Virus record (IMG/VR): IMGVR_UViG_3300031659_000012
Location: 1-52,792 of that record
Reading direction: 5' to 3' (one strand)
Length of the DNA: 52,792 nucleotides
Source of the DNA: a virus
Taxonomy: Duplodnaviria > Caudoviricetes
The notes beneath the pieces were generated by a model. It made no database searches. It was given only the letters and a program-made list of their open reading frames with translations, and was not told where the DNA came from. The position numbers and the translations under genes are program-made. Positions 18,869 to 27,963 of this stretch are shown here, in pieces. The stretch's first letter is position 1; each line of letters begins with the position of its first letter.

Positions 18869-20694
18869 TCACATTCTCCATATGATTTGCCTGTGCCACT
18901 TTCACAGGTTATAGGTAATCCTTCGGCCCAATCGGGCGTCTGGCTCATGCACTCTTCCATGTACGCTTGTGCTTCATCTAGTTCTTCGTCACGTACACAG
19001 GTAATTATTGAATCATGTACAGTTAGCACAGCCTTGTACTTCTTAGCAAGGAGTATCATTTGGTGCCCTATGATACAACGTGCAACAGCTTGGCACACGT
19101 TCTCGACAACTTTACCGCCGTATATTCTGTTTGGTCCTTTGCGAGTTCGGTAGGTGTACTCATAGCCACGTTCGGATTTCTCTGCGGCTAGGCCATGATA
19201 GAACATGGGTAGACCAGAAGGTAACATGATAGCGTTCTTCCGTGCGTCTACTTGCAAGACACCTTCCTTACCAAACTGTACGCTATCGCCACGAGCCATA
19301 TACTGCACCATGTTGTTAGCGTCACGCCATAACTGGCTGATAGCTCCGTTGGTACTGCGGTAGATGTCAATGATACGCCGCGCTTCTTCAAGCTCTATGT
19401 ATACACCCATACCTTGCAACTGTACTTGGAACTTGACCGCACCCATGCCGTAACCGGCACCGAGGATTGTAGTCTTGCCCACGAACCTTTGGTCCTTGCT
19501 CACCCCATCTACTGGCACGTTATATATACTGGACGCCATGTGCTTATACACATCGTCACCCTTGGCGAAGGCGCTAGTCAGATCATCTTGCCCTGCTAGC
19601 CATGCCAACACACGCGCTTCGATCTGCGAACTGTCACAGTCAATCAGAGAATACCCTTCGGGAGCCACAATGCTACGCTTTAATTTCTTACCGTTCGGCC
19701 CACGGCTTGGTAGGTTTTGCAGATTGATCTTATCGTCCCCGCCCCACCGTCCAGTGTGTGCTGCATAATATCTTACAGGTACGGGTAGAAGGCCACGAGC
19801 AGAGATGTCTATGAACCTTTGCGTCCGTGTTTCTTCCAAGGTACTTTTAGTACCCAAACGTGCAGCTACTAGAGATTGTACCTTATCGTTCTCATGTGTG
19901 AGCAACGCCTTGAAACCCTCGTCTGATTTGGCAAACGCGAACGTCTCCTTGTCTGTCGTCGGGCTAATCTTCATAGGCGGATCAACATTAAACCCCTTCA
20001 GCAATTCAGCGAACTTAGGGTTAGACATAAGCTCTTTCTTATCCGTCACCCCTGCATCTACTAACAGCTTACTCTTACGCTCTTTAATGTCGTCGAGGTG
20101 CGAGGCTAATAGGTCGGCATCCAACTCTAATGAGGGTTCAGTGTACATACGCAAGGTGAGGTCGATCAACTGTAGCTCCGACTTAGGAAACTTACGTGCC
20201 ATAATACTAAACAACTTATAGGTTAGGATCACGTCATTGATGCAGTAGTCCCCGTACGCTGCTAGTGCTTCGGGTCCAAAATCTCCACGCAGCAGACCCT
20301 GCGCAGCCAATACTTCTGTCCCTTTAACGCCTATGTCATACCTTTCAGATAACGCCCCGAGACTTGCGCTAGCTTCAGTCCCATGTAGCGCACGGGCAAT
20401 GCACAGAGTATCGGTATACATGCGAGGACGAATATCAAAACGCCAATTAAGAATGGCACCATCAAACATAGTATTATGACAAAGTAACATAGCTTTGCCC
20501 CAGTCGAAGGTCTTGAGGTACTTTTTAATCTGTTCATGCGTTCCACTAGCCCACTCCGTCTCCCTGTTGTTTACTCTTACAGCCACGCCGATCACCTCAA
20601 AACGAGGATCACGGACGTAGGCTTCTGTTGTCATCTTACGCAGAGAATAATCTTTGTCGTAAAATGTTTCAAAGTCTAAGGTTATGAGGTCCAT
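18865..20694 (-). CDS. polA: Family A DNA polymerase with 3'-5' exonuclease
   Basis: LDFET and HNTMFD exo motifs; NLQNLP; motif A DSSQIEAR; motif B RFVGKTTILGAGYG; motif C TVHDS. Confidence 0.95.
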   Translation of the reverse strand: MDLITLDFETFYDKDYSLRKMTTEAYVRDPRFEVIGVAVRVNNRETEWASGTHEQIKKYLKTFDWGKAMLLCHNTMFDGAILNWRFDIRPRMYTDTLCIARALHGTEASASLGALSERYDIGVKGTEVLAAQGLLRGDFGPEALAAYGDYCINDVILTYKLFSIMARKFPKSELQLIDLTLRMYTEPSLELDADLLASHLDDIKERKSKLLVDAGVTDKKELMSNPKFAELLKGFNVDPPMKISPTTDKETFAFAKSDEGFKALLTHENDKVQSLVAARLGTKSTLEETRTQRFIDISARGLLPVPVRYYAAHTGRWGGDDKINLQNLPSRGPNGKKLKRSIVAPEGYSLIDCDSSQIEARVLAWLAGQDDLTSAFAKGDDVYKHMASSIYNVPVDGVSKDQRFVGKTTILGAGYGMGAVKFQVQLQGMGVYIELEEARRIIDIYRSTNGAISQLWRDANNMVQYMARGDSVQFGKEGVLQVDARKNAIMLPSGLPMFYHGLAAEKSERGYEYTYRTRKGPNRIYGGKVVENVCQAVARCIIGHQMILLAKKYKAVLTVHDSIITCVRDEELDEAQAYMEECMSQTPDWAEGLPITCESGTGKSYGECE

Positions 20695-21155
20695 TACGCG
20701 CTCACAAGCTCACCGCCACAGGCTAAATAACCCGCACCGTCAATGAAGTTATCCATATGGCGTGGGTTGGATTTGATACGCGCTACCTTTAGCAAGGTCA
20801 TCATCACTGCTACATCGTGGGCGTCGATGCGTTGGTCTAGGTGGACCGACCAGTAATCTGCAATGCGTTGAAAGTTGTCTTCCATGTCACCGTGGTCAGC
20901 CGCTCGGTCCTTAGTCACATACTGCTTGGCTGTGTCTAACACGTCACCGCGTGAGTATGAACGTGGCTCGGACCCGGCACGTATGTCTTCTACCGCAACA
21001 GAGCTTAATATTCTGGATGGCGTACCGATCTTTTGGAACAGTTTGTACACGTACCCGTAGGATGTTTTGGTGGCCTTCGCAACTTCGCTTACCGAGGCTA
21101 GTGGGTGGTCAACTTTGTATGCCCAGATTTTTACTGCTTTGCTTTTCTTAATCAT
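20694..21155 (-). CDS. DUF6378-like protein with N-terminal HTH-like segment
   Basis: R..DHGD...NF.RIA..WS...DVA.MM.LLK.AR...DN.ID.AGY pattern. Confidence 0.75.
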   Translation of the reverse strand: MIKKSKAVKIWAYKVDHPLASVSEVAKATKTSYGYVYKLFQKIGTPSRILSSVAVEDIRAGSEPRSYSRGDVLDTAKQYVTKDRAADHGDMEDNFQRIADYWSVHLDQRIDAHDVAVMMTLLKVARIKSNPRHMDNFIDGAGYLACGGELVSA

Positions 21156-21474
21156 GTCGTTCTCCCTTTATACTTATACGTACGTCGTTAGTGGCGTCGG
21201 CAAACAGTGTCACCACGTCCCCGACCTTTGCGCGTTTAGCAATCCCCTTGATTGAAAGCAGTTCATCGCCGCGTGGACGTCGGTATATACGCAACTCTGT
21301 TTTTGTACCGTCATCAAAGATAGCTTCACTATAGGTTGCCTTTTGTCCGTTGTTTAACTCGTCGTAACTTACAGGCAGGTGTTCTTTAACGAACGCAAGC
21401 ACAGATTTGTTTGCATCTATGATACTTTTGGTGAGCATCCGTTGAGTTAGTTTTATAATTGCCACAGTAGCCAT
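21148..21474 (-). CDS. Hypothetical protein
   Basis: 108 aa, AAGGAGAACGAC leader. Confidence 0.7.
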   Translation of the reverse strand: MATVAIIKLTQRMLTKSIIDANKSVLAFVKEHLPVSYDELNNGQKATYSEAIFDDGTKTELRIYRRPRGDELLSIKGIAKRAKVGDVVTLFADATNDVRISIKGERHD

Positions 21475-21488
21475 GTCGTTCTCCTTGG

Positions 21489-21743
21489 TTACTTTTTAAA
21501 TCGTTTCTTAGTCCGTTGCGCTACGTACTGGAAAAGCCCAACCCGTGTTGCCTTGTTTTTGAATAGCCGCTTTTGCACGAGGTTTACCAAACCCGCGTTT
21601 GCCGCTGCGAGGGCATCGTTCTTAAACAGCCCCCCTGCGTATATCCCAACATGATAAGTTATAGTGTCACCATGTTTGGTTGTATTTAAAGCGTCAGTGA
21701 ATGCACTTTTGTTCTTTGCGTCCAAAAGGTCTAACTCGATCAT
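21489..21743 (-). CDS. Hypothetical protein
   Basis: 84 aa, AGGAGAGG RBS. Confidence 0.7.
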   Translation of the reverse strand: MIELDLLDAKNKSAFTDALNTTKHGDTITYHVGIYAGGLFKNDALAAANAGLVNLVQKRLFKNKATRVGLFQYVAQRTKKRFKK

Positions 21744-21923
21744 ATTTATTGCCTCTCCTGTTTTGTTAGGTGCCCCACCCTACAAGGCAGGGGCTAACCG
21801 TCTCGTGGTTTCTCCGATATGGTCACAATGTTTTACGCTGAACGCGATAGGAGACTTTGCCCATACTGTTGCGGATATTTTCACTATGAATTGGCCTCTC
21901 ACAACTTAGCCTTAGTGTTGCTA

Positions 21924-22220
21924 TTATTTGGATACAGACCAGCGTGATAGAACTCTTGTAACAGAGTCCATATTTTCTTCATTCACTATTAGGTCAAGCC
22001 CACCTGCATGGTTGATTTCTTTTAAGTTCTTCTCTTGCAGGGGTGTGGCTGTGTTCTTGCCAGCTTTGCACTCGAACCCAAAGAAGAACCCTTTGTAACA
22101 CCCTACTATGTCAGGCACACCGCTTTTGCCGTAGCCGCCGGTGGCTGGGTAGAAATAATACGCGCCTAATTCTTTTAGTTGTTTGACAACAACCTTCTTA
22201 ACTTTTGCTTCGGGGGTCAT
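21924..22220 (-). CDS. VRR-NUC domain nuclease (Holliday junction resolvase-like)
   Basis: E..VK...GVPDI...ECKA...TPLQ motifs. Start chosen after the GGAG RBS. Confidence 0.88.
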   Translation of the reverse strand: MTPEAKVKKVVVKQLKELGAYYFYPATGGYGKSGVPDIVGCYKGFFFGFECKAGKNTATPLQEKNLKEINHAGGLDLIVNEENMDSVTRVLSRWSVSK

Positions 22221-22273
22221 AGTAATCTCCATTGATACCAGTAGTGGGGGTGGCGCTAACCACCCCGTTGAGT

Positions 22274-22291
22274 TTCGGGCACCTGCCCGAA
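22274..22291. repeat. 18-bp palindrome copy 2
   Basis: TTCGGGCACCTGCCCGAA, next to a GGGGTGG/CCACCCC hairpin upstream of VRR-NUC. Confidence 0.9.
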
Positions 22292-22292
22292 T

Positions 22293-22544
22293 TTAGGGGT
22301 ACACCCAATATAGATAAGGACTTAGCTTACTGCCCACACCTTCCACATCGCTTAGTGGTGGTGGGACATCCAGCATAGACAGCACAGCCAGCTTATATTG
22401 TATCCATAAAGGTAGCTCGTCCACAGAAGCATAAGTACCGTCAACACTCCTGTCAAGCGGATACATACCAAAACATTCCACGGAGACAGTTTTAGTTTTG
22501 TTTGATAGGATTATTCGGTATGTACTATCGTCCGATACACTCAC
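22293..22544 (-). CDS. Hypothetical protein, paralogous to the C-terminus of the upstream gene
   Basis: 83 aa; ELP..I..KLAVLSM...VEGVG motif. Confidence 0.7.
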   Translation of the reverse strand: MSVSDDSTYRIILSNKTKTVSVECFGMYPLDRSVDGTYASVDELPLWIQYKLAVLSMLDVPPPLSDVEGVGSKLSPYLYWVYP

Positions 22545-23461
22545 GTTGTAACATCTTCTACATAGAGGTAGAACATATTCTCACTTACCTTGTACCCAAC
22601 GTCTTCTACGAAATCTCCATCCTCACACATAGACATGACTGCGATATGACCCATAAGTTCTTCGGGTAGTTCTTTGGCAAGCCACGTCCGGTTGTGGTCT
22701 CTGTCTACCTCGAACCTGTAACTTGATATGTCCTTTACCCGCACAGTGTCCACACGCTGTTCGCCGTAGCTCATGGTATACGCACGTACGAAGTCCATAG
22801 GCACAGCATCGGCAGCGGCAAACCGTGAGAAGACCTTCTTCTTGGCAAGCATGTCTTGGATGGCCGTGCTCAACTCAGGGTTTGAGAAGACATGCCCACT
22901 TAACATCAGGTAACCTAGCTCACGTTCGAGCGCGTTACTACATAAGCCCCTACTTCCGGTTTGATAATCCAAGGTGGAGACTAGGCCAACATCTTCTTTA
23001 GCTTTCCGATACTCCATCCTTGCCGTGGTGCTTACATCTCTGACCGCCACCTTCGCTGGGTTATACAACGCTTGCGCAGTCTCGGATGTAGAGTAGTTAA
23101 TTAAGTACGCCTTAGCATGTTTCAGGGCCACGTCCATCTTCAGGGCCACACGCATGAAGTGCTGCTCGTTCATGTCGTTGTACTTCATGTTGCGGATACC
23201 TCGTGCATACACGGCGTACTTTTTAGACGCTGCTGCTCGGCTGGTCTGGAAGTCACCGTAGCCTATGTAACCCATAGCCATGTCTTCGCCTTCCATGTAG
23301 ACCCACGCACTGTTGAGGGTTCTGGGGGTTGTCTTGACGCCGCGCATAGACTTCGTAACCGCAAGGCAGAACTCTGTTAGCTCCTGTGGTATCGCCCGTG
23401 CGTTGAGCAAGCTCTCTTGATGGATCGCGATACTAGATATTCTTTGATGATTGTAACTCAT
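22541..23461 (-). CDS. Hypothetical early protein
   Basis: About 306 aa. Start placed after the palindrome and GGAG leader. Confidence 0.75.
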   Translation of the reverse strand: MSYNHQRISSIAIHQESLLNARAIPQELTEFCLAVTKSMRGVKTTPRTLNSAWVYMEGEDMAMGYIGYGDFQTSRAAASKKYAVYARGIRNMKYNDMNEQHFMRVALKMDVALKHAKAYLINYSTSETAQALYNPAKVAVRDVSTTARMEYRKAKEDVGLVSTLDYQTGSRGLCSNALERELGYLMLSGHVFSNPELSTAIQDMLAKKKVFSRFAAADAVPMDFVRAYTMSYGEQRVDTVRVKDISSYRFEVDRDHNRTWLAKELPEELMGHIAVMSMCEDGDFVEDVGYKVSENMFYLYVEDVTT

Positions 23462-23478
23462 AGTATTCTCCATTTGTA

Positions 23479-23496
23479 TTCGGGCAGGTGCCCGAA
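23479..23496. repeat. 18-bp palindrome copy 3
   Basis: TTCGGGCAGGTGCCCGAA fused to the leader TACAAATGGAGAATACTATG on the minus strand. Confidence 0.9.
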
Positions 23497-23501
23497 AGTT
23501 G

Positions 23502-23804
23502 TTATAGGTTATATCGTTTCTTGTAACTTGATACACCTTGGGCGCTGATGCCCATCTCTTCGGCTACCTCGAACGTGCGGAAACCTTGACCTAGCAACTC
23601 CTTAACCCGTTTTGCTTGTGGGGTTAGCTTCGTCGGATCATTAGGTGGGCGTCCCCCACTTGCCCCATACGCACCCAAGTTTTGGTCTCTTTTTCGACGG
23701 GCATGTGCTTCCGCATATGCTGAACTATTACCCCACTGCCGCCTTGCTTGCCGGTTCTCTGCCTCGGCCAACTTCTTCATTCGTTCCAAAGGGGTTAACA
23801 TCAT
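23502..23804 (-). CDS. Small protein with C-terminal HTH (sigma region 4/LuxR-like)
   Basis: LTPQ...LL.QGF...EVAEEMGISAQGVS.YK. Confidence 0.7.
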   Translation of the reverse strand: MMLTPLERMKKLAEAENRQARRQWGNSSAYAEAHARRKRDQNLGAYGASGGRPPNDPTKLTPQAKRVKELLGQGFRTFEVAEEMGISAQGVSSYKKRYNL

Positions 23805-23959
23805 TTGTCGTCCCCTTCCCCACGCGCCAACGACTTCATAAGTTCGTCACCTTTGGGCGGTACTGCACCGAAAATTTTGTAGAACACACCGTCGAGTATC
23901 TGCTCAATATCGGTATCTCTTTCTTGCAGACCCACGACATAATTACCTATCTTACTCAC
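23801..23959 (-). CDS. Small hypothetical protein
   Basis: GTG start after GGGAG, 52 aa, fills the operon gap. Confidence 0.5.
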   Translation of the reverse strand: MSKIGNYVVGLQERDTDIEQILDGVFYKIFGAVPPKGDELMKSLARGEGDDK

Positions 23960-23960
23960 C

Positions 23961-25163
23961 TTACATCTCCCTTGATTTAATATGTACAGTTGTGCCCACG
24001 TCGGGCTTTTTGCGGGCGTTGTCCAAGATGCACCACAACACAGGCGTATTCCATGTGCCCCATCCGCGATACAAGTCACCATCTGTTAGGACGATACACG
24101 CTTGCGGTTTGATGCCATGCTCTTGCATATACTCAGGCACACACTCGACATCCGTACCGCCGCCACCTGCTGGCTTGGTTGACTTCACTAGATCATCTAG
24201 CTCGTGCATCTCATACGCTTCGTCACGACAGACCTTTGTGTCCCAGTACAACACGCGCACCTTGTTAGGTTTTACCGTGTCACACACAGACTTGACCTCA
24301 GACAAGAACGCAGACAACGCCACGTTACCGATAGAACCAGACATGTCGATAGCCACAACCAACTCATCGACCTGCTGACTGATACCAGATGGCATGTAGA
24401 TATTCGCACCTATGTACCGTCTGTTAGGACGTTTCCACGTAGAGTAGTCAGACCCTGCGCACGTAGTATGTATAAACTCGCGCAGTGTTTCACGCCAATC
24501 TATCTGTGGTTGCATGAGTTCTTCAAGGTTGCGATCACCACCGCTACCCATCTTACCCGCGATCAATGCGCCTTGGCGTACAGCCTCGTCGATCTCACGC
24601 GCTAGTTCGCGTATCTCGTCGGCGTCCATATCGGTTGCACCTTCCCAGTCGTGACTGTCGAACCCTTGTGGCCCAGCAGTTCCGCCGCCACCTCCATCCT
24701 CACCCTGTGGCTTGTTATCGTGTAAGTCCCCGAACACCTGCGCAGTGTCCCAGCCACGATACTTCTCGTCATAGCAACCACCTTCGGGTAACTTGATCCA
24801 CCCATCTGCACCGTATTCGTCCATGAGCTTGATGTTGATAACGTAGTCCATAGCCATGTTGGCAAGATGTGGGGCTATCTTGGATAGGTGTGCCCACGTT
24901 GTCAGGTGGCGGTATAGTTTGTGATAGTTCTCGTGCAGTACAAGAAACCGTAGCTCTGCATCGTTAAGACTATCCACAAACTCTGCACCGTACCACTCGT
25001 CACGCCCGTTGGTACAGGCTGTTGGCACCTTGGCATTGTCATGCTCAACGACACGATCACCGATCATCAGCACTGCTGACAACGCAGGAATCTTAGACAT
25101 AAGAGCGACGATTGTTTTGGGCACCCGCTGCTCTGGAGTAAGTTGTTTACCGATAGATAACAT
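23961..25163 (-). CDS. DUF2201-like metallopeptidase + VWA domain protein
   Basis: TACTNG, LHENYH (HExxH), N.A.D..IN, MIDAS DMSGS, GGGGTD, VLTDG. Confidence 0.88.
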   Translation of the reverse strand: MLSIGKQLTPEQRVPKTIVALMSKIPALSAVLMIGDRVVEHDNAKVPTACTNGRDEWYGAEFVDSLNDAELRFLVLHENYHKLYRHLTTWAHLSKIAPHLANMAMDYVINIKLMDEYGADGWIKLPEGGCYDEKYRGWDTAQVFGDLHDNKPQGEDGGGGGTAGPQGFDSHDWEGATDMDADEIRELAREIDEAVRQGALIAGKMGSGGDRNLEELMQPQIDWRETLREFIHTTCAGSDYSTWKRPNRRYIGANIYMPSGISQQVDELVVAIDMSGSIGNVALSAFLSEVKSVCDTVKPNKVRVLYWDTKVCRDEAYEMHELDDLVKSTKPAGGGGTDVECVPEYMQEHGIKPQACIVLTDGDLYRGWGTWNTPVLWCILDNARKKPDVGTTVHIKSREM

Positions 25164-25164
25164 A

Positions 25165-25446
25165 TTATTTCCTCCACCACATCATGCTAGTCCACCAACT
25201 TGGTTTTGGTTGTGACCCTTGCACTGTTACAATTTTACTTTCGGGCACCTGCCCGAAATCCATCTCCACCTGCCGTATCTCACGACCACCCACGGGTAGC
25301 TTCAAGACAGTTATGCGGTTAGTCACCGATGAAGATGTGCGCTTCAAAATTATTGCAATCACCTTCGTGGATACGGCAGCCTCGCGCAGTAATACTAACT
25401 CTGCATCATCTGCTTGGGTCCAGCCCTTGTATGTACGTTTTGTCAT
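25165..25446 (-). CDS. Small GcrA/Myb-like HTH protein
   Basis: WTQADDAEL..L......K.IA..LKRT..SV..R pattern; AGGAGAG RBS before the ATG at 25446. Confidence 0.6.
   Translation of the reverse strand: MTKRTYKGWTQADDAELVLLREAAVSTKVIAIILKRTSSSVTNRITVLKLPVGGREIRQVEMDFGQVPESKIVTVQGSQPKPSWWTSMMWWRK
25240..25257. repeat. 18-bp palindrome copy 4 (inside a CDS)
   Basis: TTCGGGCACCTGCCCGAA encoded within FGQVPE. Confidence 0.9.
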
Positions 25447-25456
25447 TTGATCTCTC

Positions 25457-26551
25457 CTACTTTTTATCTGCTGCAAACATGTGGTTGTTATCCATAGCCC
25501 ACTTGGTGAGTTTCTTGTTCTGCATCGCCATAGAACGCTTTGAATACTTGGGGGCACGTACGCCATTGGCAAACATACCTTGTGCTTCGGTGTCGAGACG
25601 TGGCATGTAATCCATCCACGCATCCAGCCAATCCCGCTCCAAAGATGCTAACGTACGGTACACAACCATACATATAGCGGCAGCGCTGTCAGGCACCTTG
25701 GCGGTCTTTGGATCATCTTTGATAGACTGCAACGACGGTAGTTGATCCGACATCTTGACGAACGCCATCAAGTCCATTGCACCACGATCACCGATAGTAC
25801 CTATCAGGGCAGAGGTCAGCGTCTTATCGTTGAACAAGTGCCGTTGGTGTAGGATGTCAGACGCAGAGTGTAGCGAACGTGGGGTAACAAAGGCGGCGCG
25901 TTGCTGCTTGGGGTGGAAGATATACGGGTTCTCGTCGGGGTCTTTGATGTCCTCGAACGATGCGAACAAGTGCGGGTTATCTTTACACCAGCCAAGCAAG
26001 CTATGGTCGATACCAGCATTGATGCCCCATTCGATCCACTCCAAGTTGGTAGACTTGCGTATCTGTACGACGGTCATGCGATTACGTGCGTGAGGTGGTA
26101 GCATGTCACCCACACCTTCTGAACCTTTGTTCGTCGTTGCATACACGATGCTGTCAGGGTGCAATGTGTAGCTACCAATCTTGCGCTCCAAGATCAAACG
26201 TAGCAGAGCCAGCTTGACAGATGGATTAGCCTTGCCGAACTCGTCGATCATAATGATGACAGGCCCGTCCGTGTGCAGACCCAGTTCTTCGTTGGTGACA
26301 TAGCGAACGAACTTGCTGTTCTCGTCAATTTCCATAATCATCGGGATCATAATGTCACCAAGATCAAGGCTCGTGCAGTCTACGTAGAACGTCCTATGTG
26401 TTGGCTTGAGCTTGCCCAACTCACCGAGCGTTGATGATTTACCGTTACCGATGTCACCTTGGAATAGAACAGTACGTTGGTGGCCGATAGCCCCGACAAG
26501 GGTAACACCCTCGTCTAAGCTCAGTGAGTACATTTGTTGTGCAGTATTCAT
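25457..26551 (-). CDS. MoxR-like AAA+ ATPase
   Basis: GDIGNGKS Walker A, IMIDEFGKA Walker B, TTN sensor, TPRS. Confidence 0.88.
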   Translation of the reverse strand: MNTAQQMYSLSLDEGVTLVGAIGHQRTVLFQGDIGNGKSSTLGELGKLKPTHRTFYVDCTSLDLGDIMIPMIMEIDENSKFVRYVTNEELGLHTDGPVIIMIDEFGKANPSVKLALLRLILERKIGSYTLHPDSIVYATTNKGSEGVGDMLPPHARNRMTVVQIRKSTNLEWIEWGINAGIDHSLLGWCKDNPHLFASFEDIKDPDENPYIFHPKQQRAAFVTPRSLHSASDILHQRHLFNDKTLTSALIGTIGDRGAMDLMAFVKMSDQLPSLQSIKDDPKTAKVPDSAAAICMVVYRTLASLERDWLDAWMDYMPRLDTEAQGMFANGVRAPKYSKRSMAMQNKKLTKWAMDNNHMFAADKK

Positions 26552-26566
26552 GGTAGTCTCCTGTTA

Positions 26567-26584
26567 TTCGGGCAGATGCCCGAA
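26567..26584. repeat. 18-bp palindrome copy 5
   Basis: TTCGGGCAGATGCCCGAA directly upstream of the ATPase RBS. Confidence 0.9.
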
Positions 26585-26586
26585 AG

Positions 26587-26694
26587 TTAAATTAACCCTG
26601 TGGCGTAAGCGCCCCAGATAATAAGTAAGGGTATGGCAAAGACTGCCAGCCCCCCGATTAGGTCGTACAAAAATTCTCGGATAGTACCTTTCAT
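26587..26694 (-). CDS. 35-aa single-TM membrane peptide (not in ORF track)
   Basis: MKGTIREFLYDLIGGLAVFAIPLLIIWGAYATGLI; the ATG overlaps the upstream TAA (TAATG). Confidence 0.6.
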   Translation of the reverse strand: MKGTIREFLYDLIGGLAVFAIPLLIIWGAYATGLI

Positions 26695-27602
26695 TACATA
26701 TCCAGACTTGGCAGGGTAGCGATGGCTGCGGTTAGCTTCTCTTGCGTGTCAGCGCGAAGCGTTGGTGAGTTCTTGATTTGGTGCAGGTTTACCGGTTGAT
26801 TATTTTTGGTGAACGCTTCTTCTAGCTTGAGGCGCATTGCTTCCATTTGGCTATCACCTGTCACGTTACACGTACGTAACATGTCGATCAGTGACAAAGC
26901 ACCATCGAACACGGTATCATATAGCCTGTTACCTTTGCCCTCTTCGTTGACGTCAAGCTGTCGGACAAGTGTAGTCAGGTTATCATGTAGCCGCTTCCAA
27001 ACGTCATTCATCGCGCCCTTGATCTGCGCTGCGTACTGCGCGGCATACTGCGTCTGTATTTGCACCATGCCCTCGTTACCGATGTCGATACGAAAGTCAC
27101 CGCTGTCAGGTAGTGGGATGTAAGCCATACGAAATGCAAACTTACTCTCTAGCCCTGCGCGTGTTGGGTACTCGTCACGGTTAAACATGTCACCCAGTTT
27201 GGCCTGCGCTTCCATGATCTTCCACTCGTACACCTGCAAGAACTGCTCGGTCAGCCGGTAAAACTCTTGCTGTAGGTCAGTCATTACCTCGTGGTACTTG
27301 AAGTATTGCGCTGTCGTTAGTAGCCGTGACCCGTTGTCCGACCATGGCATTGTCATGCTGTAGTGCATGTTGCGTACGTTAGCGGCGAACTTCTGTACTG
27401 CGTCCAACTCGGCACAGTTACCCAGTAGGTTCTTAGACACATTGGCAACGCCCTTGTCAGCGTGGTTCGCGTCCGTCACATCCTCGGATGCTTTGCGATC
27501 TTTCTTACGTGCAGTCCAGACGCTTGCGTTGAAGTCAACGATCATAGCCGCTGATGATATGCTAGGCGCGGTGGCCTGCGGGGTTTGAAGTATCTCGTTC
27601 AT
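26694..27602 (-). CDS. DUF3150-like protein
   Basis: W.ARKKD...K.LL...T.PW...G.RL...LG..F...EYP....L..KF motifs. This family is typically found next to AAA/VWA genes. Confidence 0.7.
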   Translation of the reverse strand: MNEILQTPQATAPSISSAAMIVDFNASVWTARKKDRKASEDVTDANHADKGVANVSKNLLGNCAELDAVQKFAANVRNMHYSMTMPWSDNGSRLLTTAQYFKYHEVMTDLQQEFYRLTEQFLQVYEWKIMEAQAKLGDMFNRDEYPTRAGLESKFAFRMAYIPLPDSGDFRIDIGNEGMVQIQTQYAAQYAAQIKGAMNDVWKRLHDNLTTLVRQLDVNEEGKGNRLYDTVFDGALSLIDMLRTCNVTGDSQMEAMRLKLEEAFTKNNQPVNLHQIKNSPTLRADTQEKLTAAIATLPSLDM

Positions 27603-27620
27603 AGTAATCTCCATTTGTTA

Positions 27621-27638
27621 TTCGGGCAGGTGCCCGAA
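27621..27638. repeat. 18-bp palindrome copy 6
   Basis: TTCGGGCAGGTGCCCGAA plus leader TAACAAATGGAGATTACTATG. Confidence 0.9.
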
Positions 27639-27676
27639 AGGTTTGATTTATTTCGGTGAGTCTTCTCACTACCTAT

Positions 27677-27705
27677 AGTGTATCATAGGTAGTAAGTAAT
27701 GTCAA
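27677..27705 (-). promoter_or_regulatory. Strong sigma70-like early promoter
   Basis: Minus strand TTGACA-17 bp-TACACT with TGn extension. Confidence 0.75.
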
Positions 27706-27756
27706 GTAATGGGGTTTGGTGTCCCCTTGTGGTGTAACATGTTTAATCGTGGTCTT

Positions 27757-27957
27757 CTAGTCCCATTCACGTACACATTCGAGCGTAGTCACAAGCTCAT
27801 CGTAGAACGCCCATGCTTTGCAAGTTGGGCACTCGTCAAAGAACTCATCACACCTGTCTCCAACAAACGCGTACACAAGAGAATAGGTAGCGGTCAGCCG
27901 TTGATCCCATACCTTATCCGCGAACGGCAGTTCTTTTAGGTCTTCACTATTCATCAC
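27757..27957 (-). CDS. Small hypothetical protein with CxxC
   Basis: 66 aa, AGGAG RBS. Confidence 0.65.
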   Translation of the reverse strand: MMNSEDLKELPFADKVWDQRLTATYSLVYAFVGDRCDEFFDECPTCKAWAFYDELVTTLECVREWD

Positions 27958-27963
27958 AATCTC

